64,000 nt of DNA from Nitrospirota bacterium (GTDB lineage Bacteria > Nitrospirota > UBA9217), in NCBI GenBank assembly GCA_963737155.1, contig CAVTRN010000001.1, positions 480,001 to 544,000 on the forward strand, written 5' to 3'. The notes beneath the pieces are model-generated. The model worked only from the letters and a program-made list of their open reading frames with translations, did not search any database and was not told the DNA's origin. Position numbers and translations under genes: made by a program. This document shows, piece after piece, positions 19,819 through 29,904 of this stretch (positions are counted from its first letter, which is position 1; every line of letters begins with the position of its first letter).

Positions 19819-21141
19819 CGCTTCCTTAAACTGCCTTCCCCTGTCTTCAAAATCCTTAAACATATCAAAGCTTGCACAGGCCGGGGACAGAAGAACTACG
19901 TCTCCCCGTGTAGCTCTGGTCGAAGCGAGAATCACCGCATCCTGCAGCGTTTTGGCGAATACCGTCTCTGTCGAGGTGCCGAGGACTTTTTCCATCTTAT
20001 CCGCTGCTTTCCCGATAAGGATGAGGAGTTTCACTTTCTTCCTGAACAAATCATACAGGGGGCTGAAGTTGCTCCCCTTATCCAAGCCTCCGGCAATCAG
20101 GATCACCGGCCGCGTAAAACCCTCGACAGACTTTACTACAGCACCAACATTCGTGCCCTTGGAATCATTGATATAGGCGACTCCGTGCTTTTCCCTCACA
20201 AACTCCAGCCGGTGTTCCAGACCGGGAAATTCTCTCAGCACCTCGGCAACCGATGGAATATCGGTGCCTGCGCAGATTGCCAGGGCCGCGGCAGCCAAGG
20301 CATTTTCAAGATTGTGTACCCCTTTGATTTTAATTTCATCAGTGCGAATGATCCGTTTATTGTTGAATACGAGGTATCCATCCAAAATACAGGCACCAGG
20401 ATTGAATCGAAGCAAACGGGAGAAAGGAACCACCGTTGCCGCGGTGCGCTGTGCATAAGATTTTACGAGAGAATCGTCAAAATTTAGGACCAGAAAATCC
20501 TCCTTGCGCTGGTTCATGAAAATCCGCGCTTTGGCCTCGCCATATTCATCGATGTCATGATACCGGTCAAGATGGTCCTGAGTAACATTTAGAATTGCCG
20601 CAACGCGGGGCCGGAACGAATCGATATCCTCCAGCTGGAAGCTCGACAACTCCGCAACGATCCAATCCTGATGTTTCAGCAGCGAGATATCCTCGGTGAG
20701 TGCGTTCCCGATATTTCCCGCCACGAGCACCTTCTTCTTCGCACGCGCCAGCATGAGCCCTACCAACGTCGTGACCGTGGATTTTCCGTTCGTTCCGGTA
20801 ATCCCGACAAAAGGTGCATCGGAAAGCAGCCAAGCAAGTTCGAGCTCGCTGATCACCTTCACGCCGCGCTGCCGGGCCGCAAGGATCTGCGGGATTTTCG
20901 GAACGCCGGGGCTGAGCACGATCAGATCGGCCTGGGAAAACACGCGCTCCGGGTGGCCACCCGCTTCAACGATGACGCTGCTCCTGCCAATGGCCCTTAT
21001 CTGCACGGTTAATTGATCGAGCGGCTTCTCGTCCGTCACCGCCACGACGGCACCGAGAGAATCGAGGGCACGCGCCGCAGCGACCCCGCTTCTGGCCAAT
21101 CCAACCACGGTCACTCGTTTGTCTTTAAAATCTATTTGCAC
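19804..21141 (-). CDS. murD: UDP-MurNAc-L-Ala--D-glutamate ligase
   Basis: GLARSG, ITGTNGKSTVT, ELSSFQL, INDSKGTN, LSPACASFD. Confidence 0.98.
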   Translation of the reverse strand: MQIDFKDKRVTVVGLARSGVAAARALDSLGAVVAVTDEKPLDQLTVQIRAIGRSSVIVEAGGHPERVFSQADLIVLSPGVPKIPQILAARQRGVKVISELELAWLLSDAPFVGITGTNGKSTVTTLVGLMLARAKKKVLVAGNIGNALTEDISLLKHQDWIVAELSSFQLEDIDSFRPRVAAILNVTQDHLDRYHDIDEYGEAKARIFMNQRKEDFLVLNFDDSLVKSYAQRTAATVVPFSRLLRFNPGACILDGYLVFNNKRIIRTDEIKIKGVHNLENALAAAALAICAGTDIPSVAEVLREFPGLEHRLEFVREKHGVAYINDSKGTNVGAVVKSVEGFTRPVILIAGGLDKGSNFSPLYDLFRKKVKLLILIGKAADKMEKVLGTSTETVFAKTLQDAVILASTRATRGDVVLLSPACASFDMFKDFEDRGRQFKEAVKSL

Positions 21142-21252
21142 CAGTCCCCCGGAAACTCGAACCGCGCTACTCGCCGAACATGCTTAATTGGGATCCTTCT
21201 TGTAAGAGCCGGAATTCGCTTCGCTCCATGCCCGCGGTGACGAAACCTCTTC

Positions 21253-22335
21253 CTATCTCAATTTCAACGTACTGATCGAAACCAGCGCCAGGATAATGCC
21301 GATAATCCAGAACCGGGCAATAACCTTGGACTCAGGCCAGCCGATCTGTTCAAAATGGTGGTGAATGGGAGCCATCTTAAATATACGTTTCCCGATCAGC
21401 TTGTACGACGACACCTGTAGTATAACCGAAACCGTCTCGGCCACGAAGATCCCACCTGTTATCACGAGGATCAGCTCGTGTTTGGTAACGACGGCCAGCG
21501 TACCGAGCGCCCCGCCGAGGGAGAGCGAACCCACATCTCCCATGAAAACTTCAGCGGGATGCGCATTGTACCACAGGAACCCGAGACTCGCGCCCAGCAG
21601 TGCGCCGCAGAAGATCACCAGCTCTCCGCTGCTGGGAATGTAGAGGATCTTCAGGTAATCAGCGATGATTTTGTTCCCGCCCAGGTAAACGATCACGGCG
21701 TTGGCCGTGGAAGCGATGCCCACGAGACCAATTGCCAGGCCGTCCAAGCCGTCCGTGAGGTTCACCGCGTTCGATGAACCCACGATCACCACGACGACAA
21801 AAGGAACGTAGAACCAACCGAGGTCGATGAACAGCCGCTTCAGGAACGGCACCGAGAGATAGGCGCTGTGCGGATCTCCGGGGTTATAATAAAGGAAAAA
21901 GCCGATCCCCATGGAAGCGACGATCTGGAGTCCGAACTTCTGCACGGCCCGGAGCCCCAGAGACTGTTTTTTCACGACCTTGAGATAATCATCCCAGAAT
22001 CCTATGCCGCCGAAGGCAAGCGTGGCAAAAAGCACCGCCCAGACATACTCATTCGTCAGGTCAGACCAGAGCAAAACCGAGGACACGAGCGCGGCGATTA
22101 TCAGCAAGCCACCCATAGTCGGGGTACCCTGTTTGGAAAGATGAGTTTGCGGACCATCGTTTCTGACGTGCTGCCCCACCTTGAGCCGCCGAAGCCAGGT
22201 TATCATCGAAGGAGCGAGTATGAAAGTGACAATGAGAGCCGTAATGACCGCGCCAGCACTCCGGAAGGTAATATACCGGAATACGTTAAAACCGGAAATT
22301 TTGCTGTGCAGCGGGTACAACAGGTGGTAAAGCAT
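21253..22335 (-). CDS. mraY: Phospho-N-acetylmuramoyl-pentapeptide transferase
   Basis: [38 protein letters not shown]. Confidence 0.98.
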   Translation of the reverse strand: MLYHLLYPLHSKISGFNVFRYITFRSAGAVITALIVTFILAPSMITWLRRLKVGQHVRNDGPQTHLSKQGTPTMGGLLIIAALVSSVLLWSDLTNEYVWAVLFATLAFGGIGFWDDYLKVVKKQSLGLRAVQKFGLQIVASMGIGFFLYYNPGDPHSAYLSVPFLKRLFIDLGWFYVPFVVVVIVGSSNAVNLTDGLDGLAIGLVGIASTANAVIVYLGGNKIIADYLKILYIPSSGELVIFCGALLGASLGFLWYNAHPAEVFMGDVGSLSLGGALGTLAVVTKHELILVITGGIFVAETVSVILQVSSYKLIGKRIFKMAPIHHHFEQIGWPESKVIARFWIIGIILALVSISTLKLR

Positions 22336-23759
22336 CAGAACTCCTCCAGGATCTTCTCCATCTTCATGCCCCGCGAGCCTTTAATGAGAACCACATCTCC
22401 GGGACGGGATAGCTTTTTGATCAGCTGGGCTGCGGCGGCGTGCGTCTCCGCATTAAATATGCGGTCTTTCTGCATCCCTGCTTCGCGAGCGCCTTCCCCG
22501 ATATCCTTCGAGAGCGCGCCGTAAGTGACCACGATATCCACACCACTTCGCGCCGCAGTCCGGCCGATTTCCCTGTGTGCTTCCGCGGCGGAAGGCCCTA
22601 GTTCCAGCATATCGCCGAGCACGGCGATCGATCTTCTCCCCGTGGCGAGCGAGACCATAGTCTTGATTGCCGCATCCATGGAGGACGGGTTGGCGTTGTA
22701 GCAGTCGGTCAGCACAGTCCTGCCCTGGATCTCCCTTACTTCGGAGCGCATGGCAATGGGAGCAAAATAATCGAGACCGTTCTTCACGGCTTCGAGCGAC
22801 TCCCCAACGGCGATTGCTGCGGCCGCTGCGGCGAGAGCGTTGTAAATATTATGCATTCCTACGGCTTGCAGCCGCACCCTCTCCGTTACGCCGCTGCTGG
22901 TTATCGTAAAACCCGTACGATGCAAATCCTGGCGGATTTCGGCGGCAACGACGTCGGCCACGTTCCTGATCCCGAACGAGATGATCCGTCCGCTGAATTT
23001 AGATTTGAGGATATCGAAGTAAGGATCATCGGCATTCAGTACCGCTGCGGCCCCGGAGTTGAGGTTGTCCAGCAGCTCACCCTTTGCTTCGGCAACCTTG
23101 TCCAGGCTGCCGAGAAACTCGAGGTGCGCTGGTCCGATGTTCGTGATAACGCCGACTGTAGGATTCACCAGCCTGGCGAGCAGGTCTATTTCCCCTGCTG
23201 CGCTCATGCCCATCTCAACGACGGCGGCCCGATGACGCTCGTTCAGCTTCATAAGCGTAAGCGGCACACCAATGTGGTTGTTCAGATTTCCTTCATTCTT
23301 GAGCACCGCCCCTTTTTGCTTCAATATGCCGGCGAGCATTTCCTTGGTCGTGGTCTTTCCGTTTGAACCCGTGATCCCCACGAGAGGGATTGAGAATTTC
23401 CCGCGGTGCAAATGCGCCATTTCCTGCAGAGCAGAGAGTGTGTCTTCCGCGGGCATAATATTCTTCAGTCCGATAAGGAGTGAACGCTGGTTCTCGAGAG
23501 CGGAACGATCAACAAGGGCGCCCCAGGCGCCCTTGTTGATCGCATCGGGAACGAAGTCATGGCCGTCGAAGCGGTCGCCCTTGAGCGCCACGAAAAGTTC
23601 CCCCGCCTTGATGTTCCTGGAGTCTATGGAAAGCCCTTTTATATCCATCCGCTCCATCATCAGCAGCAGCTCCTTCAGGACTTTTTTTTCAGCAGCGCTT
23701 ATGGTATGCAGTGTGCACATCGGAACCGGAAAGTCAGACATTCGACACACACCAGACAT
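22335..23759 (-). CDS. murF: UDP-MurNAc-tripeptide--D-Ala-D-Ala ligase
   Basis: [45 protein letters not shown]; start uncertain. Confidence 0.96.
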   Translation of the reverse strand: MSGVCRMSDFPVPMCTLHTISAAEKKVLKELLLMMERMDIKGLSIDSRNIKAGELFVALKGDRFDGHDFVPDAINKGAWGALVDRSALENQRSLLIGLKNIMPAEDTLSALQEMAHLHRGKFSIPLVGITGSNGKTTTKEMLAGILKQKGAVLKNEGNLNNHIGVPLTLMKLNERHRAAVVEMGMSAAGEIDLLARLVNPTVGVITNIGPAHLEFLGSLDKVAEAKGELLDNLNSGAAAVLNADDPYFDILKSKFSGRIISFGIRNVADVVAAEIRQDLHRTGFTITSSGVTERVRLQAVGMHNIYNALAAAAAAIAVGESLEAVKNGLDYFAPIAMRSEVREIQGRTVLTDCYNANPSSMDAAIKTMVSLATGRRSIAVLGDMLELGPSAAEAHREIGRTAARSGVDIVVTYGALSKDIGEGAREAGMQKDRIFNAETHAAAAQLIKKLSRPGDVVLIKGSRGMKMEKILEEF

Positions 23760-23786
23760 GGAATGCGAATTTTTTTCTGCTGTTGG

Positions 23787-25319
23787 TCATCTAACCTCTG
23801 CCATCTGTCTTTTCTTTATCTCTTCCCGGGCGACTTCCCGGTCATCGAAGTGGATCTTCTTCTCGCCGACGATCTGGTAAGCTTCATGTCCCTTTCCGGC
23901 AAGAACAACGATATCGCCCGCCTTTGCTAGGCCGATTGCCGCAGCAATAGCTTCCCGTCGGTCGGGATTGATCAGATAGGGCGTCTTGTCGGAGCGGCCG
24001 CTTCTGTATGGACCGACCTCCGCGACGCGCGCGCCCCTGGACGTCATCCCCGCTTCTATCTCCCTGATGATGCTGTCCGCGTCTTCGGTTCTCGGATTGT
24101 CCGACGTCACGATGACTATATCGCTCCCCCTGAGGGCTACAGCGCCCATTTTCGGACGTTTGGTCCGATCCCGGTCGCCTCCGCATCCAAAGACGGTTAT
24201 GATTCTACCCGTCGCCGCTTCACGCACTGCATCGAGGAGGCGCGCCAAGGACTCTTCCGTATGGGCATAGTCTACAATAACGCCGAACGTCTGGCCTTCA
24301 TCCACTTTCTCCATCCTGCCGGGAACAGCCTGCATCCTTGCGATGCCCCGGCCGATTGAGTCGAAATCGAACCCGAGGGCTGACGCGGCGCCGATTGCGG
24401 CAAGAATATTATAGATATTATGCTTCCCGACGAGCGGGGAGGATACCTCAACGACACCTTTTGGCGTCTGCACAGAAAACGAGAGTCCGTCGATGCCGTG
24501 CGAGATTTGCTTTTTGGGATGAATATCAGCCTTTTCGGTCAATCCGAACGTGGAAATTTTCGCTTTTGTCCGCTCTGCAATTTTTCGCGAAGCGGCGTCA
24601 TCGCTGTTGATGATCGCGGTCTTGTCCGGGGCAATGCCGGTGAACAGCAGCTGCTTCGCCTGAAGATAGGATTCCCTGTTCTTGTGGAAATCCAGATGGT
24701 CCTCCTGCAAATTGGTAAACACGGCGGTTTCGAACAAGCACTCACCGGTGCGGCCCAAAGCCAGCGCGTGAGATGAAACTTCCATGACACAGTACTCAGC
24801 GCCGATGTCCACCATTTCGCGCAGAAGCCTCTGGAGGTCAGCCGACTCTGGCGTCGTATTAGGCGCTGCATAAACCTTGTTTCCCACGCGGTAATCTATG
24901 GTGCCGATAAGACCAGTAACGTGCCCCGCAGCCTCGATGATCGATTTTATCAGATAGCTCGTCGTGGTTTTTCCCTTTGTCCCCGTGATTCCAACAATCT
25001 TGATCTGCCGCGAAGGATGTCCGTAAAACAAGGCCGCGAGCGCAGCAAGCGCCTTCCGGGTATCGGGCACAAGGATAACGGGAACATCCGGGACCGCGGC
25101 AGGGTTCGCAATTTCGGCAACAACGGCGCTGGCCCCCTGTTTTATCGCCTGCGGAATAAACTGATGGCCGTCCGAGTTGAATCCTCGCACCGCCACGAAC
25201 AACGATCCGGGAACCACTTTCCGGGAATCATGCTCAATGCCGCTCACTTCGGCGTCTTGAACGGCGTCGGGAAAAGGCGCCATGTTTCTCAATGCCTTCA
25301 GAAGATCGCGAAGTTTCAT
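23787..25319 (-). CDS. murE: UDP-MurNAc-dipeptide--2,6-diaminopimelate ligase
   Basis: ITGTKGKTTT, MEVSSH, VDYAHT, GCGGDRD, DNPR (mDAP-specific motif), AGKGHE. Confidence 0.98.
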   Translation of the reverse strand: MKLRDLLKALRNMAPFPDAVQDAEVSGIEHDSRKVVPGSLFVAVRGFNSDGHQFIPQAIKQGASAVVAEIANPAAVPDVPVILVPDTRKALAALAALFYGHPSRQIKIVGITGTKGKTTTSYLIKSIIEAAGHVTGLIGTIDYRVGNKVYAAPNTTPESADLQRLLREMVDIGAEYCVMEVSSHALALGRTGECLFETAVFTNLQEDHLDFHKNRESYLQAKQLLFTGIAPDKTAIINSDDAASRKIAERTKAKISTFGLTEKADIHPKKQISHGIDGLSFSVQTPKGVVEVSSPLVGKHNIYNILAAIGAASALGFDFDSIGRGIARMQAVPGRMEKVDEGQTFGVIVDYAHTEESLARLLDAVREAATGRIITVFGCGGDRDRTKRPKMGAVALRGSDIVIVTSDNPRTEDADSIIREIEAGMTSRGARVAEVGPYRSGRSDKTPYLINPDRREAIAAAIGLAKAGDIVVLAGKGHEAYQIVGEKKIHFDDREVAREEIKKRQMAEVR

Positions 25320-27046
25320 CGTGTCACCAGGATTGTCCTGCCTCCCACGTCGTCGGGCGGCACCTGGAGATAGGCAAGACTCTGCTCCGCAATAGCTTTA
25401 AACACCGGCGCAGCTACGTCCCCGCCATAGATGACACCTTGGGGTGTATCTACCATCACTACGATCACCAACTTCGGCGTACTGGCAGGCGTGAACCCTA
25501 CAAAGGAGCTGACATATTCTTTCTTTGAAAACCTGTGGGTCCGTTGGTCGATTTTCTGCGCCGTGCCCGTCTTTCCCGCCGCCGTATAGCCCGATGGTTT
25601 CGCTTTCTGACCCGTGCCTGCCTCGATAACCCGCTGAAGCATCTTGTTCACTTTCGCAGTGGTTTCCGCGGAGATCACTCGTCCTGCGGGCTGGGGCATA
25701 ATTTTTTGTCCCTTGCCGCCGCTGCGGTTAGCGATCTCCGACACGATATAGGGCTTCATGAGAACCCCGTTATTTGCAAAAACAGAATAAAGAGCGGCCA
25801 CCTGCATCGGGGTAACGCCAATTTCCTGCCCGATGGCGACCTCGCCGAGAGACAAGCCTGACCATGTCCGCACATCGCGTAGGATGCCCGGAATCTCTCC
25901 GGGGAGATCCACGCCGGTCTTCTTGCCGAATCCGAATGCGGTGATGTATTTATAGAATCGTTCCTTGCCGAGCCGCAAGGCCACTTTTATCGTACCTACG
26001 TTGCTCGATTCGGCAATCACATCGGTGAAAGTCAGGACACCGTGTACTTCGGCATCCTTGATCACCCGGTCGGCCAGCTGAATCTTGCCTGCCGAGCAGT
26101 CAAAAAGTTCGAGTGGGTTGACCACCCGCTCCTCAAGCGCCGCCGCAGCGAGTACTGGCTTGAAGATCGAACCCGGCTCGAAGGCGTCGGTTACCGCCCT
26201 GTTCCGCCATTCCGATGGCTTGTAGCGCTGCGGTTCGTTCGGATTGAATTCTGTGTGTCCATTCCCGTTTGCGCGTACCGTGAGCGCTAGCACTTCTCCG
26301 GACTGCGGATTCATAACGATGCAGACCCCGCCTTTGGCATGCGATGTAGCGAGCGCGGCATCGAGCTCTTTCTCGGCAATATGCTGGATCACTTCATCAA
26401 TCGTGAGAATGACGTCATTTCCCGGCTTCGGCATCCTGAACTGGAAAGCGGGACCGCCGGGAAAGACCATTCGTCCCCGGGCGTCCTTTTCAGCAAGAAC
26501 CCAGCCGTCCACGCCGCGGAGCATCCCATCGTAGACACGTTCGAGCCCTTCGAGGCCATGATTGTCCATGCCGGTAAAACCGAGCAGCGGCCCCGCAAGG
26601 GTCTTATTTGGATAGAACCGCCTCGCTTCGGTCTTGAGCCTGATATCTTCGGAATCGAGTTCCCGGACCTTGGCGGCCTTTGCCGGATCAACTTTTCGAC
26701 TGAGCCAGACGAACTGCTTGTCACCCTCGAGTTTCCGTTCAAGTTTTCGCGGGTCTTCACGCAGGATCCGCCCAAGCCGCTGTGCCAGTTCTCGCGGGTT
26801 GTCGATATTCGATGGAATACCATAGACCGAATCAACGTCAAGGCTGACTGCCAGCTCTCTGCCCATGCGGTCGAAAATCGTCCCCCGTTTCGGTCCGAGC
26901 ACAATCACTTGTTCATACTGATGTTCTCCGCGCGCGGCAAGCTTGGATTGTTCAAAGACCTGGAGGTAAAGAAGCCGCAGCACCACGAGCGCAAAGGCCA
27001 AGCCCATGATAAAAAATACCGCGACTATCCTTCCCCTTCGTTCCAT
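25316..27046 (-). CDS. ftsI: Class B penicillin-binding protein FtsI/PBP3
   Basis: RGTIFDR, EPGSIFK (SxxK), SSN (SxN), KTGT. Confidence 0.96.
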   Translation of the reverse strand: MERRGRIVAVFFIMGLAFALVVLRLLYLQVFEQSKLAARGEHQYEQVIVLGPKRGTIFDRMGRELAVSLDVDSVYGIPSNIDNPRELAQRLGRILREDPRKLERKLEGDKQFVWLSRKVDPAKAAKVRELDSEDIRLKTEARRFYPNKTLAGPLLGFTGMDNHGLEGLERVYDGMLRGVDGWVLAEKDARGRMVFPGGPAFQFRMPKPGNDVILTIDEVIQHIAEKELDAALATSHAKGGVCIVMNPQSGEVLALTVRANGNGHTEFNPNEPQRYKPSEWRNRAVTDAFEPGSIFKPVLAAAALEERVVNPLELFDCSAGKIQLADRVIKDAEVHGVLTFTDVIAESSNVGTIKVALRLGKERFYKYITAFGFGKKTGVDLPGEIPGILRDVRTWSGLSLGEVAIGQEIGVTPMQVAALYSVFANNGVLMKPYIVSEIANRSGGKGQKIMPQPAGRVISAETTAKVNKMLQRVIEAGTGQKAKPSGYTAAGKTGTAQKIDQRTHRFSKKEYVSSFVGFTPASTPKLVIVVMVDTPQGVIYGGDVAAPVFKAIAEQSLAYLQVPPDDVGGRTILVTR

Positions 27047-27055
27047 AATTACCTG

Positions 27056-27385
27056 TTATTTTGGCGCGGCTTTTCGTTTGACAATCACGATCTGGTCTTC
27101 AGACGGCCTGATCATGCCCAGTCGTTTGGTTGCCAGCTCCTCGATGCGCTCTGGTGAAGTGAGGCTCGACGCCTCTATCCTGAGAGACCTGTTCTCTCGT
27201 TCCATCTCCTGCTTCACCCGCTCCAGAGCATCAATCTGATACCCGAGCCGCATAATCATAACCTTTCCACCTACGTAGAGCAGCAGACCGGCAATAATCA
27301 GGAGCGCCATGAAAAAGCGCCGCAGATTCCCCCGCCTGCTCCTTTCAAATACAAATGACCCTATATTTCCAGCCTTCGCTGCCAT
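27056..27385 (-). CDS. ftsL: Cell division protein FtsL
   Basis: TM plus coiled coil, LTSPERIEELATKRLGM; between rsmH and ftsI. Confidence 0.9.
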   Translation of the reverse strand: MAAKAGNIGSFVFERSRRGNLRRFFMALLIIAGLLLYVGGKVMIMRLGYQIDALERVKQEMERENRSLRIEASSLTSPERIEELATKRLGMIRPSEDQIVIVKRKAAPK

Positions 27386-27510
27386 GCAGGCACTCCTTCC
27401 TGCGCAAGGAAAGAAATATCAACGACGAAAATCATATAGAGGTCATAAGACACAGCGGATCACTTTCTTGCCGAACCTGAATTTTCAGCCCCGCGTCATC
27501 CGGTTCGAGG

Positions 27511-28512
27511 TTATGATTCAGGCAGCTTTTCGGCTGCTCTCAGCTTTGCGCTCCTCGCTGCTGGATTACGAGCAAGCTCAATCGGGCCAGCCGTCACCGG
27601 ATGGCGCGTCAGAATCCTGAGCACTGGCTTTTCGTTACAGGCGCAGACTGGCAGCTTCGGTGGGCAGATGCAGCCCTTTGCTGATGCCACGAAAGCTTGC
27701 TTGACGACGCGATCCTCAAGGGAGTGAAAGGTTATAACGGCGAACCTGCCGCCGGGCTTCAGGAGGCCGATGATCCTCTCAACCCCTTCGCGAAGCGCCC
27801 CGAGTTCGTCATTGACCGCAATTCGAAGTGCCTGGAACGTGAGCGTGGCGGGATGAATGCGTCGCGGAGGGTAAGGAGGGAATACGCTCAAAACAATCTC
27901 GGCCAGTTGAACAGTACTCGTGATGGACCTCCGAGCCCTCGCCTTTTCTATAGCGCGTGCAATAGCGCCCGCTCTGCGCTCTTCGCCGTATTCGCGAATA
28001 ATCTTCGCCAGTTCATTACGGGAAAGCCCGTTCACCAGGTCGGCGGCGGTAAGCCCCCTGCTTGGGTCCATACGCATATCGAGAGGCCCGTCCAGTTGGA
28101 AGCTGAAGCCGCGATTCGGCGACTTGAGATGAAACCAGGAAACACCGAGATCGAGCACCACACCGTCTGCCGTATTATATCCCAACTCCTGCAGAACTGA
28201 CGGCAGTTCCCGGTAATTCGCCTTCCGTATGATGGCTCGGCCACCGTACGATGCAAGACTCACTCTGCACCGTTCGACAGCCTCGGGGTCCTGATCCAGC
28301 CCAATGAGAATGCCGTCAGGAGACGAACATTTCAGAATCTCCACGGCATGGCCACCCCCACCGAGCGTCCCGTCAACATAGAGACCGCCTCCCCGTGGTT
28401 TAAGCAGCTCTATCGTTTCATGCAGCAGGACGGATATATGTTCTATATTGGGAGTTGGGAGTCCATCGTTTGGAGTAGTATCAATTTCTTTTTTCCCCTT
28501 ATAATTCCTCAC
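27511..28512 (-). CDS. rsmH: 16S rRNA m4C1402 methyltransferase
   Basis: HISVL, DGTLGGGGH, DLGVS, PLDMRMD, FQALRIAVNDEL, FHSLEDR, ARSAKLR. Confidence 0.98.
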   Translation of the reverse strand: MRNYKGKKEIDTTPNDGLPTPNIEHISVLLHETIELLKPRGGGLYVDGTLGGGGHAVEILKCSSPDGILIGLDQDPEAVERCRVSLASYGGRAIIRKANYRELPSVLQELGYNTADGVVLDLGVSWFHLKSPNRGFSFQLDGPLDMRMDPSRGLTAADLVNGLSRNELAKIIREYGEERRAGAIARAIEKARARRSITSTVQLAEIVLSVFPPYPPRRIHPATLTFQALRIAVNDELGALREGVERIIGLLKPGGRFAVITFHSLEDRVVKQAFVASAKGCICPPKLPVCACNEKPVLRILTRHPVTAGPIELARNPAARSAKLRAAEKLPES

Positions 28513-28545
28513 ACCGAACTCCGAACTCGTGACTCAAAACTGTTA
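28448..28545. repeat. Inverted array of 7-bp repeats spanning the rsmH start
   Basis: ttgggag/ttgggag/tccatcg/tttggag ... attcctc/acaccga/actccga/actcgtg/actcaaa/actgtta. Confidence 0.8.
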
Positions 28546-28902
28546 CAACCCAAGCGGCAGGTTCGTTGCTGGTTTGCTCACCCCGAAGCTCTTCGCGGCC
28601 TGCTGGGTCGTTTCAAAAACCTGAAATTCTTCCAGAACGCCGGTGGTCCGGAAGATATTCTTGAGGTAGTCAGACATTGCCGCAAGCCGGAGATCTCCTC
28701 CGAATGATTGAAGCCGGCGCTTCTCTTCAACCAGAGACTGGATAATGGTAAAATGAATATGTTCTACGGACTCGAAATTCAAAATCAGACCGTACATCTC
28801 CCCCCTGATGAGTTGGCCGATCACCCGGTTGATCTCAGACATCTTAGCCGCATCGATCTCGCCTTCAAGGTTCATCTGATATACTTTCATTTTTTCGTCC
28901 AT
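28543..28902 (-). CDS. STAS-domain (anti-sigma-factor antagonist-like) protein
   Basis: LEGEID, LILNFESVEHI, GGDLRLAAMSDYLKNIFRTTG...FQVFET pattern. Confidence 0.85.
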   Translation of the reverse strand: MDEKMKVYQMNLEGEIDAAKMSEINRVIGQLIRGEMYGLILNFESVEHIHFTIIQSLVEEKRRLQSFGGDLRLAAMSDYLKNIFRTTGVLEEFQVFETTQQAAKSFGVSKPATNLPLGL

Positions 28903-28906
28903 ATAG

Positions 28907-29341
28907 TTACAGGCCCAATGCAGCGAGCGCCTCGCCGATCTTGTCACCGTTCTGAGTATTTCGCGCTTCCCAAGCCTTAGTGTCCCATATTTCTATTTTA
29001 TCAATGATCCCGACAACTGTGACGTTTTTCATTATCCCCGCGTGTCCGCGGTGCGCCGGCGGGATCAGGATACGGCCTTGTTTATCGAGTTCGCATTCGG
29101 TAGCGGACGAAAGAAGAAAGCGTCTGAAGTCCTTGGCTTCCTGCTTCATCATGGAAAGAGTCTTGATCTTCTCCTCAAGGCGCTCCCACTCCTCGAGGGG
29201 ATAGACAGTGAGACAGCGGTCGTAGTCCATGGCGAGCACAAGGCGGCCATCATAGCGGTCCGCAATGATGTCCCGGAACTTCGATGGAACACTCACTCTG
29301 CCCTTGGAATCAACGGTATGCTCATAGCTGCCCCGGAACAT
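28907..29341 (-). CDS. mraZ: Transcriptional regulator MraZ
   Basis: MFRGSYEHTVDSKGRVSVP, ELDKQGRILIP, IEIWD. Confidence 0.97.
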   Translation of the reverse strand: MFRGSYEHTVDSKGRVSVPSKFRDIIADRYDGRLVLAMDYDRCLTVYPLEEWERLEEKIKTLSMMKQEAKDFRRFLLSSATECELDKQGRILIPPAHRGHAGIMKNVTVVGIIDKIEIWDTKAWEARNTQNGDKIGEALAALGL

Positions 29342-29357
29342 GTCCCTCCCTGTTGCG

Positions 29358-29382
29358 CCCACCGCATCCCACTTCATACCAC
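29358..29382 (-). promoter_or_regulatory. MraZ-binding dcw boxes
   Basis: GTGG-N6-GTGG-N6-GTGG (gtggtatgaagtgggatgcggtggg) upstream of mraZ. Confidence 0.8.
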
Positions 29383-29393
29383 CTGCTGGCAAA

Positions 29394-29422
29394 AGTATAT
29401 CTTTCACCCGCTATGTTGTCAA
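29394..29422 (-). promoter_or_regulatory. sigma70-type dcw promoter
   Basis: TTGACA-N17-TATACT. Confidence 0.75.
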
Positions 29423-29525
29423 GAAAAATATTAATTTTTGAGGTGTTACGTAGTGGGAGGATGCCTGAGATCAGTAAGTGTTTTTCGCGTGACAATGAGG
29501 CTTGGAAAAAGTAAAATGCGGTCTC

Positions 29526-29855
29526 ATGAATAATGATTATTTCATCACTGTTGATGATGCGTTCATAAAGAGGGAGAAGGCAAAAGCGCGGGAAATTCGC
29601 GATTCACAATGGTGGAAGCGAAAGCGAGCGGCTGGCATCTGTTACTACTGCGGCGGAAAGTTTATAGCAACGGAACTGACAATGGACCACCTCATCCCGA
29701 TCGTGCGCGGTGGAAGGTCGGTGCCGGGAAATCTCGTTCCCTCATGCAAGGAGTGCAATAACAAAAAAAAATACCTCCTGCCCACGGAATGGGAGGAGTA
29801 TCTGAATATGCTTCAGAAAGGAAATACACAATCCGAAGATACGCACAGGAAGTAA
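29526..29855 (+). CDS. Small HNH endonuclease-family protein
   Basis: CYYC...TMDHLIPIVRGG...NLVPSCKECNNKK. Confidence 0.9.
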   Translation: MNNDYFITVDDAFIKREKAKAREIRDSQWWKRKRAAGICYYCGGKFIATELTMDHLIPIVRGGRSVPGNLVPSCKECNNKKKYLLPTEWEEYLNMLQKGNTQSEDTHRK

Positions 29856-29904
29856 ATGTTTATGACATGCTATGTTTTTTCCTCTTCGCGCACTCTCTGC
29901 GCAG

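Noticed and set aside
10509-28980. Long plus-strand ORFs antisense to dcw genes (e.g. 10751-11827, 15931-16989)
   Set aside because: Shadow frames of GC-rich coding sequence with no motifs.
29526-29855. HNH gene as a mobile or defence element
   Set aside because: Small stand-alone HNH with no partner genes, repeats or insertion scars.
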